Part shown: piece by piece, positions 7,795-18,368 of the stretch
Numbering within the stretch: position 1 is the stretch's first letter
Layout: the number at the start of each line of letters is the position of its first letter
Origin: Ignavibacteriota bacterium
GTDB lineage: Bacteria; Bacteroidota; Ignavibacteria; UBA10030
Length of the DNA stretch: 64,000 nt
Reading direction: 5' to 3'
Assembly: GCA_963727825.1 (NCBI GenBank)
Contig: CAVSHO010000009.1
Location: 704,001 to 768,000 of the forward strand
Position numbers and translations under genes: made by a program
Notes under the pieces: generated by a model
What the model was told of the DNA's origin: nothing
Database searches by the model: none
The model's input: only the letters and a program-made list of their open reading frames with translations

Positions 7795-8967
7795 TTAATC
7801 CATAATTTTTCTAAGAAATGCCGGACGTTCTGTATCAGACTTATCAATCTTTTCGCGCATTCCTACTTCGCGAAGCGGTGTGTTTGGAATTTCCACACCG
7901 CGCCGGGCATACGTTGGTACATCGAACCGTTGAAGTTCGGTGGGACCAACGGGCACATGATCAATCAGTTTTGCAGCTGGCTTTGCGGGCCGTTGTATTG
8001 CTGCCGCGCGTTTGTTGAATCCCGTAGCGATGACGGTCACCATAATATCTTCAGTCATATTTTCATCAATCACTGTCCCGAGTATTACGTTTGCCTCTTC
8101 GCCAGCTGCCTCATGAATAACCTTTGTCGCTTCATCCACTTCTGTAAGGCTGAGTTCTTTTCCGCCTGTGATGTTAATTAGAATCCCCTGTGCGCCGGCT
8201 ATAGAAACGCCTTCGAGCAGCGGACTGGAAATTGCCATTTGTGCGGCTTCGGTTGCACGATTATCGCCAGTAGCGATTCCGGTACCCATTAACGCATCAC
8301 CCATTTCCTTCATAATCGTGCGGACATCGGCGAAGTCCACATTGATATAACCAGGAACAGTGATAACTTCCGAGATTCCGCGTGTAGCATTATAGAGCAC
8401 TTGATTTGCAATCTCGAATGCTTCCATAATTGGAGTGCGGCGGTCAATGAGATCAAGAAGTTTCTGGTTTGGAATGACTATGAGCGTATCGACATTCTTC
8501 TTCAGCTCTTCAATTCCTTCTACGGCTTGTTCGTTTCGCTTTTTCCCCTCACTATTAAATGGTTTAGTAACGATACCGACCACAAGCGCGCCAACGCTTT
8601 TTGCAATATTTGCTACTAATGGTGCACCGCCGGTTCCAGTGCCGCCGCCCATACCTGCGGTTATAAAGACCATATCGCAACCACTCAATGATTGGGCAAT
8701 CTCTTCTCTGTCCTCTTCAACAGCACGGAAGCCGACGCTGGGATCAGAGCCCGCTCCAAGTCCGCGCGTGAGATTTTTTCCAATTTGAAGTTTGTGCTCG
8801 GCTTTGCTGCGTTCCAATGCTTGAAGATCCGTATTGATAGAAACAAAGTCGACACCGGTAAGTCCTTTGTGGATCATGCTATTGACGGCATTGCCTCCGC
8901 CTCCGCCAACGCCAATGACACGAATTTTTGCTCCTCGACCAGATGGTATATCAAGTTCGATAGGCAC
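7795..8967 (-). CDS. ftsZ: Cell division protein FtsZ
   Basis: GVGGGGGNAV, tubulin signature GMGGGTGTG, INVDFAD, C-terminal PAFLRK. Confidence 0.99.
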   Translation of the reverse strand: MPIELDIPSGRGAKIRVIGVGGGGGNAVNSMIHKGLTGVDFVSINTDLQALERSKAEHKLQIGKNLTRGLGAGSDPSVGFRAVEEDREEIAQSLSGCDMVFITAGMGGGTGTGGAPLVANIAKSVGALVVGIVTKPFNSEGKKRNEQAVEGIEELKKNVDTLIVIPNQKLLDLIDRRTPIMEAFEIANQVLYNATRGISEVITVPGYINVDFADVRTIMKEMGDALMGTGIATGDNRATEAAQMAISSPLLEGVSIAGAQGILINITGGKELSLTEVDEATKVIHEAAGEEANVILGTVIDENMTEDIMVTVIATGFNKRAAAIQRPAKPAAKLIDHVPVGPTELQRFDVPTYARRGVEIPNTPLREVGMREKIDKSDTERPAFLRKIMD

Positions 8968-9048
8968 GGTATATTCTCCTTTTTATTTGTGATTTGGTTT
9001 GTTTAATAAATTCATGCTCGTCATTTAAGATTTAGTCTATTTGCAATC

Positions 9049-9202
9049 AGTATCAAAGTAAAAAGTATTTAGTATCTATTTTTCAAGGCTTCGTTTTAAT
9101 CCGATAAGCATCAACACTATTAATCTCCTAAAATCATGCATATTGGGTTATCCTGCTTTTTTCTGTTACTTGCTTTATACTTACTACTTTTTACTTCTTA
9201 CT
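9049..9202. repeat. Two degenerate heptamer arrays in inverted orientation
   Basis: AGT at 9049, 9057, 9064, 9071; five 7-mers acttgct/ttatact/tactact/ttttact/tcttact at 9168-9202; 9057-9067 is the exact reverse complement of 9185-9195. Confidence 0.65.
9076..9141 (-). pseudogene. Internally deleted four-helix-bundle (23S rRNA IVS-type) protein gene remnant
   Basis: Reads MHDFRRLIVLMLIGLKRSLEK*; the first half resembles the family N-terminus (MxxFxxLxVW) and the second half its C-terminus (MLxGLxxSL); RBS-like AGGA upstream; flanked by heptamer arrays. Confidence 0.65.
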
Positions 9203-9219
9203 TTCAGCTTGCTTTTCGC

Positions 9220-10458
9220 TTACAATTCATCAAACCACGATTTCATTTTTTGGAAAATCGTTTTTCCTTTTCCATCTTGAATAACGGCTTTAACTCCAGA
9301 CCGGTCGCGGTTTTTTAACTCGTGCATCACTAATCCAACACCGGTTGCATAAATAGGATTCTCAATTTCCCGCACGAGTCCTGAACTAAAACCACCTGGA
9401 ATGCCAATCTTCACTGGCATACCAAGCACTTCTTTGGCAAGGTCAGCGGTCCCTTTGATAAGTGAGCCGCCGCCTGTAAGCACGACGCCGGCGGAAAGAT
9501 GTTTGGAATAGCCGGAACGTTTAATCTCCATCGCGGTAAATTCCAGAATCTCTTCCATCCGCGGTTGTATTACTTTACACAAAAGTCGCTTGTCAATATC
9601 TATAGGCGCGCGACCGCCGATGCCAGGAAGCTGAATCGGCTGGTTATCTACAATTGCCGGTTCGTAGGTGAAACCGTACTCGACTTTCGTTCTTTCCGCT
9701 TGATCTGTCAGAATGCCAAAGCCTTTGCGAATATCATCCGTTACTTTTTTACCGGCAATACCGATTACAGCAGTGTGACGGATAGTGCGCTCTTCAAATA
9801 CAGCAAGATCAGTAGTGCCACCGCCTATATCCAGCAATGCCACGCCGACTTCCTTTTCTTCATCATCCAGTACTGCATAACTTGATGCAAGCGGTTCAAG
9901 TACCATATCGTTTACGTGTAAACCGGCACGTTGAACACACTTATAAATATTTTGTGCTGCTGTAACAAGTCCGGTGATGATATGAACAACTGCTTCCATC
10001 CGCACGCCGGACATACCAACCGGATCATAAATTCCATCTTGTCCATCAACAATAAACTGTTGGGGGATAACGTGAATAATTTTTCTGTCGAGCGGAAGCG
10101 CGACACGTTTCGTGTCTTCAATCAGCCGGTCAACATCTTCCTGCGTGATTTCATTCTCCGGCCTGCTGATACTAATAACACCGCGACTCTGAAAGCTTTG
10201 GATGTGATCACCAGCGATTCCAACCGTTACGGTTGTGATCTTCACGCCCGATTGTTGTTCTGCATCCTGCACTGCTGCTTGAATGGAGCGAACAGTTTTT
10301 TCAATGTTCGTCACAACACCGCGTGTCAATCCTTCTGATGCGCTTTTACCGATGCCGAGAATTTTCAGTTTGCCTGGATAATTATCATCCGGCGATGCGA
10401 CAATTGCGCATACTTTAGTTGTGCCAATATCTAAACCAACCGCAATATCCTGTTCCAT
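9220..10458 (-). CDS. ftsA: Cell division protein FtsA
   Basis: GLDIGTTKV, DIGGGTTD, VLTGGGS. Confidence 0.99.
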   Translation of the reverse strand: MEQDIAVGLDIGTTKVCAIVASPDDNYPGKLKILGIGKSASEGLTRGVVTNIEKTVRSIQAAVQDAEQQSGVKITTVTVGIAGDHIQSFQSRGVISISRPENEITQEDVDRLIEDTKRVALPLDRKIIHVIPQQFIVDGQDGIYDPVGMSGVRMEAVVHIITGLVTAAQNIYKCVQRAGLHVNDMVLEPLASSYAVLDDEEKEVGVALLDIGGGTTDLAVFEERTIRHTAVIGIAGKKVTDDIRKGFGILTDQAERTKVEYGFTYEPAIVDNQPIQLPGIGGRAPIDIDKRLLCKVIQPRMEEILEFTAMEIKRSGYSKHLSAGVVLTGGGSLIKGTADLAKEVLGMPVKIGIPGGFSSGLVREIENPIYATGVGLVMHELKNRDRSGVKAVIQDGKGKTIFQKMKSWFDEL

Positions 10459-10502
10459 TTTACTTCCTTATAGTCTATAGTTCTTCCATCAGAGCTTTGC
10501 CG

Positions 10503-11264
10503 CTACAGGCTTTTAGTCGCCGATGGTTCTGGTTTCCAACACGCTACAATCTGATCTTGATAGCGCAAATCTACATATTGCAACAATTGTGTACCACGTG
10601 TACGCACTACATTGTTCCAAAAAGTTTCTAATCGCACAAGTTTGCTCGGTATTTCGCCGCGCCCGAAGATGATAGGCACGCCACCTTCTGTAGAATAAAT
10701 GACAATGTCTCCACCATTGCGCACTTGCACCTCTGAAATATTATGATACATCGGGCGATTCACTGTCTTCATTGCGGCAAGCAGTTGTAATACTTCAATT
10801 ACATCCGGCTGTTTAATGATTGAACCTAATACCATCGGTTCACTTTCCGAAATTCCGCTGATCATTGGCATATCAAATAGCCTGTGTGATATACTCCTTG
10901 GAAGCACTGTACCATTTTCATCCAAATACATTGTCTCAGGGCGATTCACAATTGCGATTGGAATACGCTCCATGATCTGAATGTGGATGGAATTGGGGAG
11001 ATTACGTTCTACCACTGCATCTTTTATATAATAATGACTCATTACATTCCGTTGAATGGCTGTTAAATCAATTTTATACAAAAGTGTATTCATCTGTATT
11101 TGTGTAAGTTGAATAATCTCATTTTCCCCGACAATTCGATTGCCATCGATTTTAATTTGTTTTATTCTCAAACTTGATTTCCAGGCATTCGCGCCAAACA
11201 CAAGACAAATCGCAATGGCAATGAGCACTAACGCGCTAGCGGTTTTAGATTTCATTTCGCTCAT
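10503..11264 (-). CDS. ftsQ: Cell division protein FtsQ/DivIB
   Basis: TM, POTRA-like region, YVDLRYQDQIV; position before ftsA. Confidence 0.93.
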   Translation of the reverse strand: MSEMKSKTASALVLIAIAICLVFGANAWKSSLRIKQIKIDGNRIVGENEIIQLTQIQMNTLLYKIDLTAIQRNVMSHYYIKDAVVERNLPNSIHIQIMERIPIAIVNRPETMYLDENGTVLPRSISHRLFDMPMISGISESEPMVLGSIIKQPDVIEVLQLLAAMKTVNRPMYHNISEVQVRNGGDIVIYSTEGGVPIIFGRGEIPSKLVRLETFWNNVVRTRGTQLLQYVDLRYQDQIVACWKPEPSATKSL

Positions 11265-12175
11265 GCCGCTTCCTTTGCGAAGTTCGAAAACCCGACCATC
11301 TTTACTTCTAGTTCTAACATCAAACCAGAATTTTGATATACAGTGCGCTTAACTAAATCTATTAGTTTCACTATATCCACTGCTTTTGCATTGTCAAGAT
11401 TGACAATGAAGTTGGCATGCTTTTCTGAAACCTGCGCATCGCCTACACGTTTGCCTTTGAGTCCGGCTTGCTCAATTAATTTTGCTGCAAATGTGTTCGG
11501 CGGATTCTTGAACATGCTACCGAGATTTGGATATTCCAACGGCTGTGTTTCATTTCGCCTTAAGATGAACTCACGCCGCACCGCTGAAAGTTTTTCCTTG
11601 TCTCCATGTTCTAATTGGAAAGATGCACCCAATACAACATCATCGGTAAACCGAGAGTGACGGTATGTAAAAGATCCTTCATCTTTTCGAATTCTCTTCA
11701 CAATACCGTCATGAATAGTTTCTACTTCTATTAAATGATCTGCAATTTCTCCGCCGTGAGCACCGGCATTCATTACCACTGCGCCACCGATCGTACCTGG
11801 AATTCCGGCAAGCATTTCTACGCCAGCAAGTTCGTTCTGGATACAAAAATCCACAAACTTGGTCAGTCGTACGCCAGCATCAGCGAATACTAAATTGTTA
11901 TCCATGCGTATGCCTGAGAGCGAATTTTCAATATTGATAACAGCGCCACGAATTCCTTCATCACTCACAAGTACATTGCTGCCGCGCCCAATCATCAACC
12001 ATGAATAATTATGAACACGGAAATATTCAATAACAGAAATCAAATCCTCTTTGTCCGCCGGTTCGATATAGAAATCAGCAGGCCCGCCAACCTTCATCCA
12101 AGTGTACTTCGCCATGGGAACATCAACAACGATGTTTCCTCGAAGAAATTTTTGTATGTCGGTTAATGAAATCAT
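11261..12175 (-). CDS. murB: UDP-N-acetylenolpyruvoylglucosamine reductase
   Basis: GRGSNVL, GIPGTIGGAVVMNAGA, GSMFKNP, KHANFIVN. Confidence 0.98.
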   Translation of the reverse strand: MISLTDIQKFLRGNIVVDVPMAKYTWMKVGGPADFYIEPADKEDLISVIEYFRVHNYSWLMIGRGSNVLVSDEGIRGAVINIENSLSGIRMDNNLVFADAGVRLTKFVDFCIQNELAGVEMLAGIPGTIGGAVVMNAGAHGGEIADHLIEVETIHDGIVKRIRKDEGSFTYRHSRFTDDVVLGASFQLEHGDKEKLSAVRREFILRRNETQPLEYPNLGSMFKNPPNTFAAKLIEQAGLKGKRVGDAQVSEKHANFIVNLDNAKAVDIVKLIDLVKRTVYQNSGLMLELEVKMVGFSNFAKEAA

Positions 12176-13554
12176 TTAGACGAATATTGTTTTAAGAATT
12201 CTTCACCGTATTTCCAGATATCACCAGCACCCATCGTGATGACGATATCACCAGACTTGACGATGGTTTTAAGAAACGCAGGAACTTGTTTTTTATCTGG
12301 AACGTAATGAACATCCTTGTGGCCAAACTGCTTTGCAGCATTTACAATTAACTCGCCGGTAATACCTTGAATTGGTTCTTCGCGTGCCGGATATATATCC
12401 GTTACAACGAGCACATCAGACAATAGAAATGACTTGCCAAAGTCTTCGTAGAAATCTCGTGTGCGGCTGTACAGATGCGGCTGAAATACGCACACGACAC
12501 GACGACGCCAACCAGCTTTTACACCTGAAAGTGTTGCCCTGCATTCGGTCGGATGATGTGCGTAATCGTCATAAACCGCAATATCGTTTATTTCGCCTTT
12601 CTTTTCCCATCTGCGGTATACGCCGGCGAATTTCTCAATGCCTGATTTAATTTTTTCAAATGGAACACCAAGCTCTAATCCGACAGCAATAGCACCAAGC
12701 GAATTCTGCACGTTATGCTTACCCGGCACTTGAAGTTTAATCGTACCAAGTTCTTTATCGCCTCGAATTATTGTATACGTTGTGCTATTGTCTTTATGCC
12801 GGATTTCAACTGCTTGTACATCTGCCTGCGGATTAAGGCCATATGTTATTATTTTTTTCTTGTTAAGATTCGGCATTATGTCCAAAAGCGCCGGCTCATC
12901 AAGACAAAGGATAACGAATCCGTAAAAAGGTACTTTATTGGCAAATTGAATAAATGCGCTCTTGATGTCTTCTAAATCTCGATAGCAATCAAGATGGTCG
13001 GTTTCCAGCGTTGTCGGTACAGCAATTGTCGGTGAGATAGATAAAAACGACCGATCAAACTCATCTGCTTCTACAACAATAAATTCTCCGCGTCCAAGAC
13101 GAGCATTTGTTCCGCCAAGCCCGCTTAATTTTCCGCCGACAATAACAGTCGGATCAAGTCCGCCTTCCATCAGAACAAGACTTGTCATTGATGTCGTTGT
13201 CGTTTTTCCATGTGTACCCGCGATGCCAATACCGTACTTCAACCGCATTACTTCTGCAAGCATTTCTGCTCGTCGCACAATTGGAATCTTTCGCCGCTGT
13301 GCTTCAAGAATTTCTGGATTGTCCGGTTGTACTGCGGATGAATAAACAACAGTGTCAACATCGTTTGCGATATTGCTTGAGCGATGTCCTTCAAAAATTA
13401 TCGCGCCAAGATTTTTAAGGCGTTCAGTGACTTCAGACAATGCACGGTCAGACCCACTGACTTTAAATCCTTGATCGAGAAGAATCTCAGCGATGCCGCT
13501 CATACCAATGCCGCCGATACCGATAAAATGTAATTTCCTTATTGAACTAAACAT
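12172..13554 (-). CDS. murC: UDP-N-acetylmuramate--L-alanine ligase
   Basis: GIGGIGMSG, GTHGKTTT, EADE, DDYAHHPTE. Confidence 0.99.
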   Translation of the reverse strand: MFSSIRKLHFIGIGGIGMSGIAEILLDQGFKVSGSDRALSEVTERLKNLGAIIFEGHRSSNIANDVDTVVYSSAVQPDNPEILEAQRRKIPIVRRAEMLAEVMRLKYGIGIAGTHGKTTTTSMTSLVLMEGGLDPTVIVGGKLSGLGGTNARLGRGEFIVVEADEFDRSFLSISPTIAVPTTLETDHLDCYRDLEDIKSAFIQFANKVPFYGFVILCLDEPALLDIMPNLNKKKIITYGLNPQADVQAVEIRHKDNSTTYTIIRGDKELGTIKLQVPGKHNVQNSLGAIAVGLELGVPFEKIKSGIEKFAGVYRRWEKKGEINDIAVYDDYAHHPTECRATLSGVKAGWRRRVVCVFQPHLYSRTRDFYEDFGKSFLLSDVLVVTDIYPAREEPIQGITGELIVNAAKQFGHKDVHYVPDKKQVPAFLKTIVKSGDIVITMGAGDIWKYGEEFLKQYSSK

Positions 13555-13590
13555 CTAGCGTTCTTTCGTTAACCATTTTTGCTTGCATGA

Positions 13591-14685
13591 TTAATTTGCC
13601 AATTCAAGAATTCGTTGTGCAATTTCTTTGCCTGCGTTTGGTTTTCCTATAGCAAGGCTCGCTTCGTTCATTTGCTGGCGGTTTTTATCATCTTTTATAA
13701 TAGAATTAATCACATCTTTTAATTTCATCTTAACATCTCGGTCAGCTATCATAACTGAGGCGCCGGCATCTACCAGAGTCTGCGCATTGTACGTCTGATG
13801 ATCCGCGGCGGCATGTGGATATGGAATTAATATCGATGCTTTACCAAGCCGAGTTAGTTCCGCCAACGTTGTAGCACCGGCACGACAAACTACTATATCA
13901 GCTGCTGCGTAAGCATATTCCATTTTATCAATGAATGTATTCATCCAGCAATTCTTCATCGTTGCCATTTCCTTTGCCACCGCCATATCAGTTTTGCCTG
14001 TCTGCCATATAAATTGAATGTTGGAATCAATAAAATCATTTACCAGCAACTTTGCTGCCTCATTGATGGAGGCGGCACCGAGACTTCCGCCAAATACAAA
14101 CACTGTCTTTTTTAATGGATCAAGATTAAAAAACTTTATTCCATCTTCGCGCGATACAGTTCCGAGTACATTACGCGTTGGCGTACCTGCCAATTCTATA
14201 TTGTCTTTCCGTTTCAACCAGCGGGCTGTAGTATCAAACGCGGTAAATATTCGCGTTGCTCTCGTTGACAGCATCCGTGTTGTAATTCCAGGAAAGCTGT
14301 TCGATTCGTGAACAACTGTTGGAATTCCAAGTAGCGATGCAATAAACAATACTGGCCCGCATACATAACCACCGGTTCCAATAACAATATCCGGTTGAAA
14401 CCTTTTAATGAGAAAGAACGATTGCACTAGCGACACTAATACTTTTATCGGGAACAGCAGATTATCTATCCGCAAACTGCGATAGAACCCGCTAATCCAG
14501 ATAAATGCCAGTAAATATCCTCGTTGAGGAACGACACGTGCTTCAATTTTTCCTTTTGTACCAACAAATAATAATTCTGCATTCGATCTCAGCTTTTTTA
14601 TTTCATCTGCAATAGCAATTGCAGGAAATACATGCCCGCCGGTTCCTCCGGCTGCTATAAGAATTTTTGGTCTATCGTTCGACAC
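13591..14685 (-). CDS. murG: MurG glycosyltransferase
   Basis: GGTGGH, GGSLGA, RAGATT, DHQTYNA. Confidence 0.99.
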   Translation of the reverse strand: MSNDRPKILIAAGGTGGHVFPAIAIADEIKKLRSNAELLFVGTKGKIEARVVPQRGYLLAFIWISGFYRSLRIDNLLFPIKVLVSLVQSFFLIKRFQPDIVIGTGGYVCGPVLFIASLLGIPTVVHESNSFPGITTRMLSTRATRIFTAFDTTARWLKRKDNIELAGTPTRNVLGTVSREDGIKFFNLDPLKKTVFVFGGSLGAASINEAAKLLVNDFIDSNIQFIWQTGKTDMAVAKEMATMKNCWMNTFIDKMEYAYAAADIVVCRAGATTLAELTRLGKASILIPYPHAAADHQTYNAQTLVDAGASVMIADRDVKMKLKDVINSIIKDDKNRQQMNEASLAIGKPNAGKEIAQRILELAN

Positions 14686-14688
14686 ACG

Positions 14689-15876
14689 TCAATACACTTT
14701 TCCGAGTCCAGTCTCTGACCCGAGTATTTCTGTATTTACTTTTTCTTTTTTCGCGGCTCGCGGATGTAAATCCGTATGCGCGGAAATGTTCAACAGCACA
14801 CCTATGGAAAACGCCGACAACATAAGAGAAGAGCCACCATAGCTGATAAATGGCATAGGCAATCCGGTGGTCGGAAGAAGTCCGAGTGCTACGCTTGCAT
14901 TTACCAGTGCGTACAATGTGATTGTGCTTGAGATTGCGATTGAAAGGAATCTTGCAAAATCGTCTTTTGCATGCTTTGCAATCCTAAATCCGCGCAACAT
15001 AACAAATAAAAATGCGCCAAGCAGAAGTATCGTGCCGAGCAATCCGTACTCTTCACCAACAATTGAATAAACAAAATCGTTGTACGATTCCGGCAGGAAT
15101 AAATCCCGCTGACGGCTTTCGCCTGGTCCGACGCCGAATAATCCTCCATTGCCAAAACCGATAATGCCCTGCCAGAGTTGATAATTTTGTTGTCCGTTCG
15201 GTGTCCCATGAACAAAGTGCATTATTCGCTCAAGTTGATAAGGACGTTTTAGCACATATGCCATAACGAGCACATAGATAGCAAACAAACAGACGGCAAC
15301 GAAAATCATTCCCAAAAGGTGCATCATCTTAACATGTCCAACAAATAAGAGGATAATCGTCAACGCAAATAACATCACACCGGTGCTCAGATTCGGTTGT
15401 GCTAACACCAATCCGGTTACAACACCAATCCAAATGATAATGGGAAGAAACCCTCTCTTAAAATCTTTTAAAAGTTCACCTTTCGTAGCCATCAGCAAAC
15501 TTATATGGAATAAAAGCGCAAACTTTGCAAACTCAGACGGCTGAAATCCTAATCCGCCAAAACGCAGCCAACGCACAGCACCTTTGGTTTCACCGCCAAG
15601 CACAAATGTCACAGCCAGAAAGAGTACAGCAATGATAAGCACCGGCTTTGTAAATTTTTTATAAGCACCATAAGGAATACTTAAACCTACAAATAATGCA
15701 GCAATACTTAACAAAATTTTTATCGCATGCAGATCAAGGTAATGACTCTGTGTGTCGAAGCGTTTGAATGACCACTCTGCGGATGCGCTGTATACTACAC
15801 CGAGGCTGGTAACCATTAGTCCAAGTACGACGATAAGTAGCCAGATGTCAATATGATTGCGTTGTACCTTAAGCAT
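14689..15876 (-). CDS. ftsW: SEDS peptidoglycan polymerase FtsW
   Basis: GAVRW, FQPSEFAK, LPESYNDF, PFISYGGSS. Confidence 0.97.
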   Translation of the reverse strand: MLKVQRNHIDIWLLIVVLGLMVTSLGVVYSASAEWSFKRFDTQSHYLDLHAIKILLSIAALFVGLSIPYGAYKKFTKPVLIIAVLFLAVTFVLGGETKGAVRWLRFGGLGFQPSEFAKFALLFHISLLMATKGELLKDFKRGFLPIIIWIGVVTGLVLAQPNLSTGVMLFALTIILLFVGHVKMMHLLGMIFVAVCLFAIYVLVMAYVLKRPYQLERIMHFVHGTPNGQQNYQLWQGIIGFGNGGLFGVGPGESRQRDLFLPESYNDFVYSIVGEEYGLLGTILLLGAFLFVMLRGFRIAKHAKDDFARFLSIAISSTITLYALVNASVALGLLPTTGLPMPFISYGGSSLMLSAFSIGVLLNISAHTDLHPRAAKKEKVNTEILGSETGLGKVY

Positions 15877-17232
15877 TTATAATTTATTCACCAGTCCTTT
15901 AAACACTTCGCCGCGGTGTTCGTAATTCTTAAACCAATCGAACGAAGCACAAGCTGGAGAAAGCAGAACCACGTCTCCCGGTTGTGCAAGAAAGCGGGCT
16001 ATATCAACAGCTTCCTCCATCGAAGATGCTTTTGTAATCACTGTCGCACCTTTGAAGGACTGTTCGACAATATCTGCTGATTCACCGATGGCGACAATTG
16101 CTTTTACCTGTTTGCGCACAAGTTCTGTTAATTTGGAATAATCATTTCCTTTATCGCGCCCACCTAAGAACAGCACAATTGGTTCTTTAAATGACTGTAA
16201 AGCGAACCAAACAGAATCGACGTTAGTTGCTTTTGAATCGTTATAGTAACTAACTTCGTTGAGTTTACGAACAAACTCAAGGCGATGCTCTACGCCTTCA
16301 AATGTCTTTAACGTAGATTGAATCAATGTTGTATCAACCCCAAGCAATTGTCCGACAAGGACTGCCGCCATCGAATTGTAAAGATTATGCATACCCTTGA
16401 TAAATATCTGATTGATATCAATGATTTCGATTCTGGTTCCGCCGATGGAGGTAATGAGTTTGCCATCTTCAATGAACGCTCCTTCATTCAACTTCTTTTG
16501 TTCGCTTAAACCAATCTTGCGACACTGTGCTTGATGGATTATTTTATTAGTCCATTCGTCATCTGTATTATAGATAAGTATATCGTCGGTTTGTTGATTT
16601 TTGAACACGCGCGCTTTCGAAGCAGAGTACTTCTCCATAGAGTGGTCATATCGGTCCATGTGATCCGGCGTGATGTTGAGCAAGACAGAAATCTTTGGCC
16701 GGAATTTGTCTATGTGGTCTAATTGAAAACTGCTCACTTCCAGAACAGCAATATCTGTCTCAGCCAATTCCAGAACGATAGATGAGAATGCCGTTCCAAT
16801 GTTACCAGCAACAACGTGTTTCTTCGTTGCATCGTTCAGTATCCTTCCCGTTAATGTTGTGGTTGTTGTCTTTCCGTTACTGCCGGTGATTGCCACAACA
16901 GGCGCCCGGCAGAACCAACTACCAACTTCAAGTTCACTAACGACTTTGATATTTCGCTTCTGTGCTTCAAGAACTACCGGCGCATTACTAGGAACGCCAG
17001 GACTGATGACCATCAACTCACATTCATAAACACGATTGCTGTGCTTACCAACTTCATACTCAATTTTTTCTGATTGAAGATTGAGAATAGAGGATTGGAG
17101 CTTATCTGCAACAGCCGAATCGCTGACAAATACATTTGCATTTTGAGACTTTAATAGCTTTGCCACTGCTACACCGCTGCGCACCGCGCCAATAACAGAA
17201 ACCTTTTTATTATGGAGAAGATTGATATCCAT
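15877..17232 (-). CDS. murD: UDP-MurNAc-L-Ala--D-glutamate ligase
   Basis: ITGSNGKTTT, EVSSFQL, NDSKATN, LLSPACASFD. Confidence 0.99.
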   Translation of the reverse strand: MDINLLHNKKVSVIGAVRSGVAVAKLLKSQNANVFVSDSAVADKLQSSILNLQSEKIEYEVGKHSNRVYECELMVISPGVPSNAPVVLEAQKRNIKVVSELEVGSWFCRAPVVAITGSNGKTTTTTLTGRILNDATKKHVVAGNIGTAFSSIVLELAETDIAVLEVSSFQLDHIDKFRPKISVLLNITPDHMDRYDHSMEKYSASKARVFKNQQTDDILIYNTDDEWTNKIIHQAQCRKIGLSEQKKLNEGAFIEDGKLITSIGGTRIEIIDINQIFIKGMHNLYNSMAAVLVGQLLGVDTTLIQSTLKTFEGVEHRLEFVRKLNEVSYYNDSKATNVDSVWFALQSFKEPIVLFLGGRDKGNDYSKLTELVRKQVKAIVAIGESADIVEQSFKGATVITKASSMEEAVDIARFLAQPGDVVLLSPACASFDWFKNYEHRGEVFKGLVNKL

Positions 17233-17240
17233 TACGACAA

Positions 17241-18365
17241 TTACCGCACCTTAAACGTTGCAAGACTTAAAATCATTAATAGAATTGCGATGATATAAAA
17301 TCGCGTAACAATTTTTGGTTCCGGCCAGCCAAGCATTTCAAAATGATGATGAATTGGTGCCATTTTAAACACACGTTTACCCTCGCCGTATCGTTTCTTA
17401 GTATATTTGAAATACATTCGCTGAATAATAACAGATACAGTCTCCATCAAAAAAACACCTCCGAGAGTTGGCAAGAGCAATTCTTTCTTTATCAAAACAC
17501 ACATTGCGCCAATAATACCGCCGAGTGCCAGCGAGCCAGTATCACCCATAAATACCTGCGCCGGATGCGAGTTGAACCAAAGAAATCCAAGTGCCGCCCC
17601 GCTGATTGCTGCACAATAAATGGCAAGCTCACCATTGCCGCGCAGAAATGGAATCGTCAGGTACTGGCTCCATACCGCATGTCCGGAAACATAAGTGATA
17701 ATAGCAAGCGTCCCGCTAACTATTCCGACAGTTCCTATGGCGAGACCGTCAAGGCCATCTGTTAGATTCACTGCATTCGATGTGGCTGTAATAATGAATA
17801 TTACAACCGGAATGTAGAACACGCCTAAATTCCACTCTAAGTTTTTCATGAACGGCACTGTTGTACTTGATTTGAATGGCACAAGCGTTTGATCAATCCA
17901 TTGGGGAAAGAAGTAAATAACACTGCCAACTACTAAGCCGACGAACACTTGTCCGGCTATTTTATATTTGCCGATTAGGCCTTTGGGTTTCTTTCGGACG
18001 ACTTTGAGGAAGTCATCTAAAAATCCGACCGCACCAAGCGCTACAGTAACAAACAAAATGAGCAAGATGTACCCGTTCTTCAAATCTGTCCAGAGCAGCG
18101 CCGGGATAATAATTGATAAGAGTACAATCAATCCGCCCATTGTTGGTGTGCCTGCTTTTGCCAAATGCGATTTGGGCGCTTCAAGTTTTGCCGACTCGCC
18201 GATTTGATAAACACGAAGCTTACGAATAATCTTTGGACCGAGCCAGAAGGAAATAATTAACGCCGTAATTGCAGCCGCACCTGCGCGGAATGTAATGTAG
18301 CGGAATATTCCAAAGCCGGGAACGTTGAACGTTTTATGCAGATATGAGAAGAGATAGAACAGCAT
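17241..18365 (-). CDS. mraY: Phospho-MurNAc-pentapeptide transferase
   Basis: GTPTMGG, NLTDGLDGL, FMGDTGS, APIHHHFE. Confidence 0.99.
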   Translation of the reverse strand: MLFYLFSYLHKTFNVPGFGIFRYITFRAGAAAITALIISFWLGPKIIRKLRVYQIGESAKLEAPKSHLAKAGTPTMGGLIVLLSIIIPALLWTDLKNGYILLILFVTVALGAVGFLDDFLKVVRKKPKGLIGKYKIAGQVFVGLVVGSVIYFFPQWIDQTLVPFKSSTTVPFMKNLEWNLGVFYIPVVIFIITATSNAVNLTDGLDGLAIGTVGIVSGTLAIITYVSGHAVWSQYLTIPFLRGNGELAIYCAAISGAALGFLWFNSHPAQVFMGDTGSLALGGIIGAMCVLIKKELLLPTLGGVFLMETVSVIIQRMYFKYTKKRYGEGKRVFKMAPIHHHFEMLGWPEPKIVTRFYIIAILLMILSLATFKVR

Positions 18366-18368
18366 GTA

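Noticed and set aside
9136-9318. 60-aa plus-strand ORF with a hydrophobic stretch
   Set aside because: The hydrophobicity comes from translating the heptamer array; it is antisense to ftsA.
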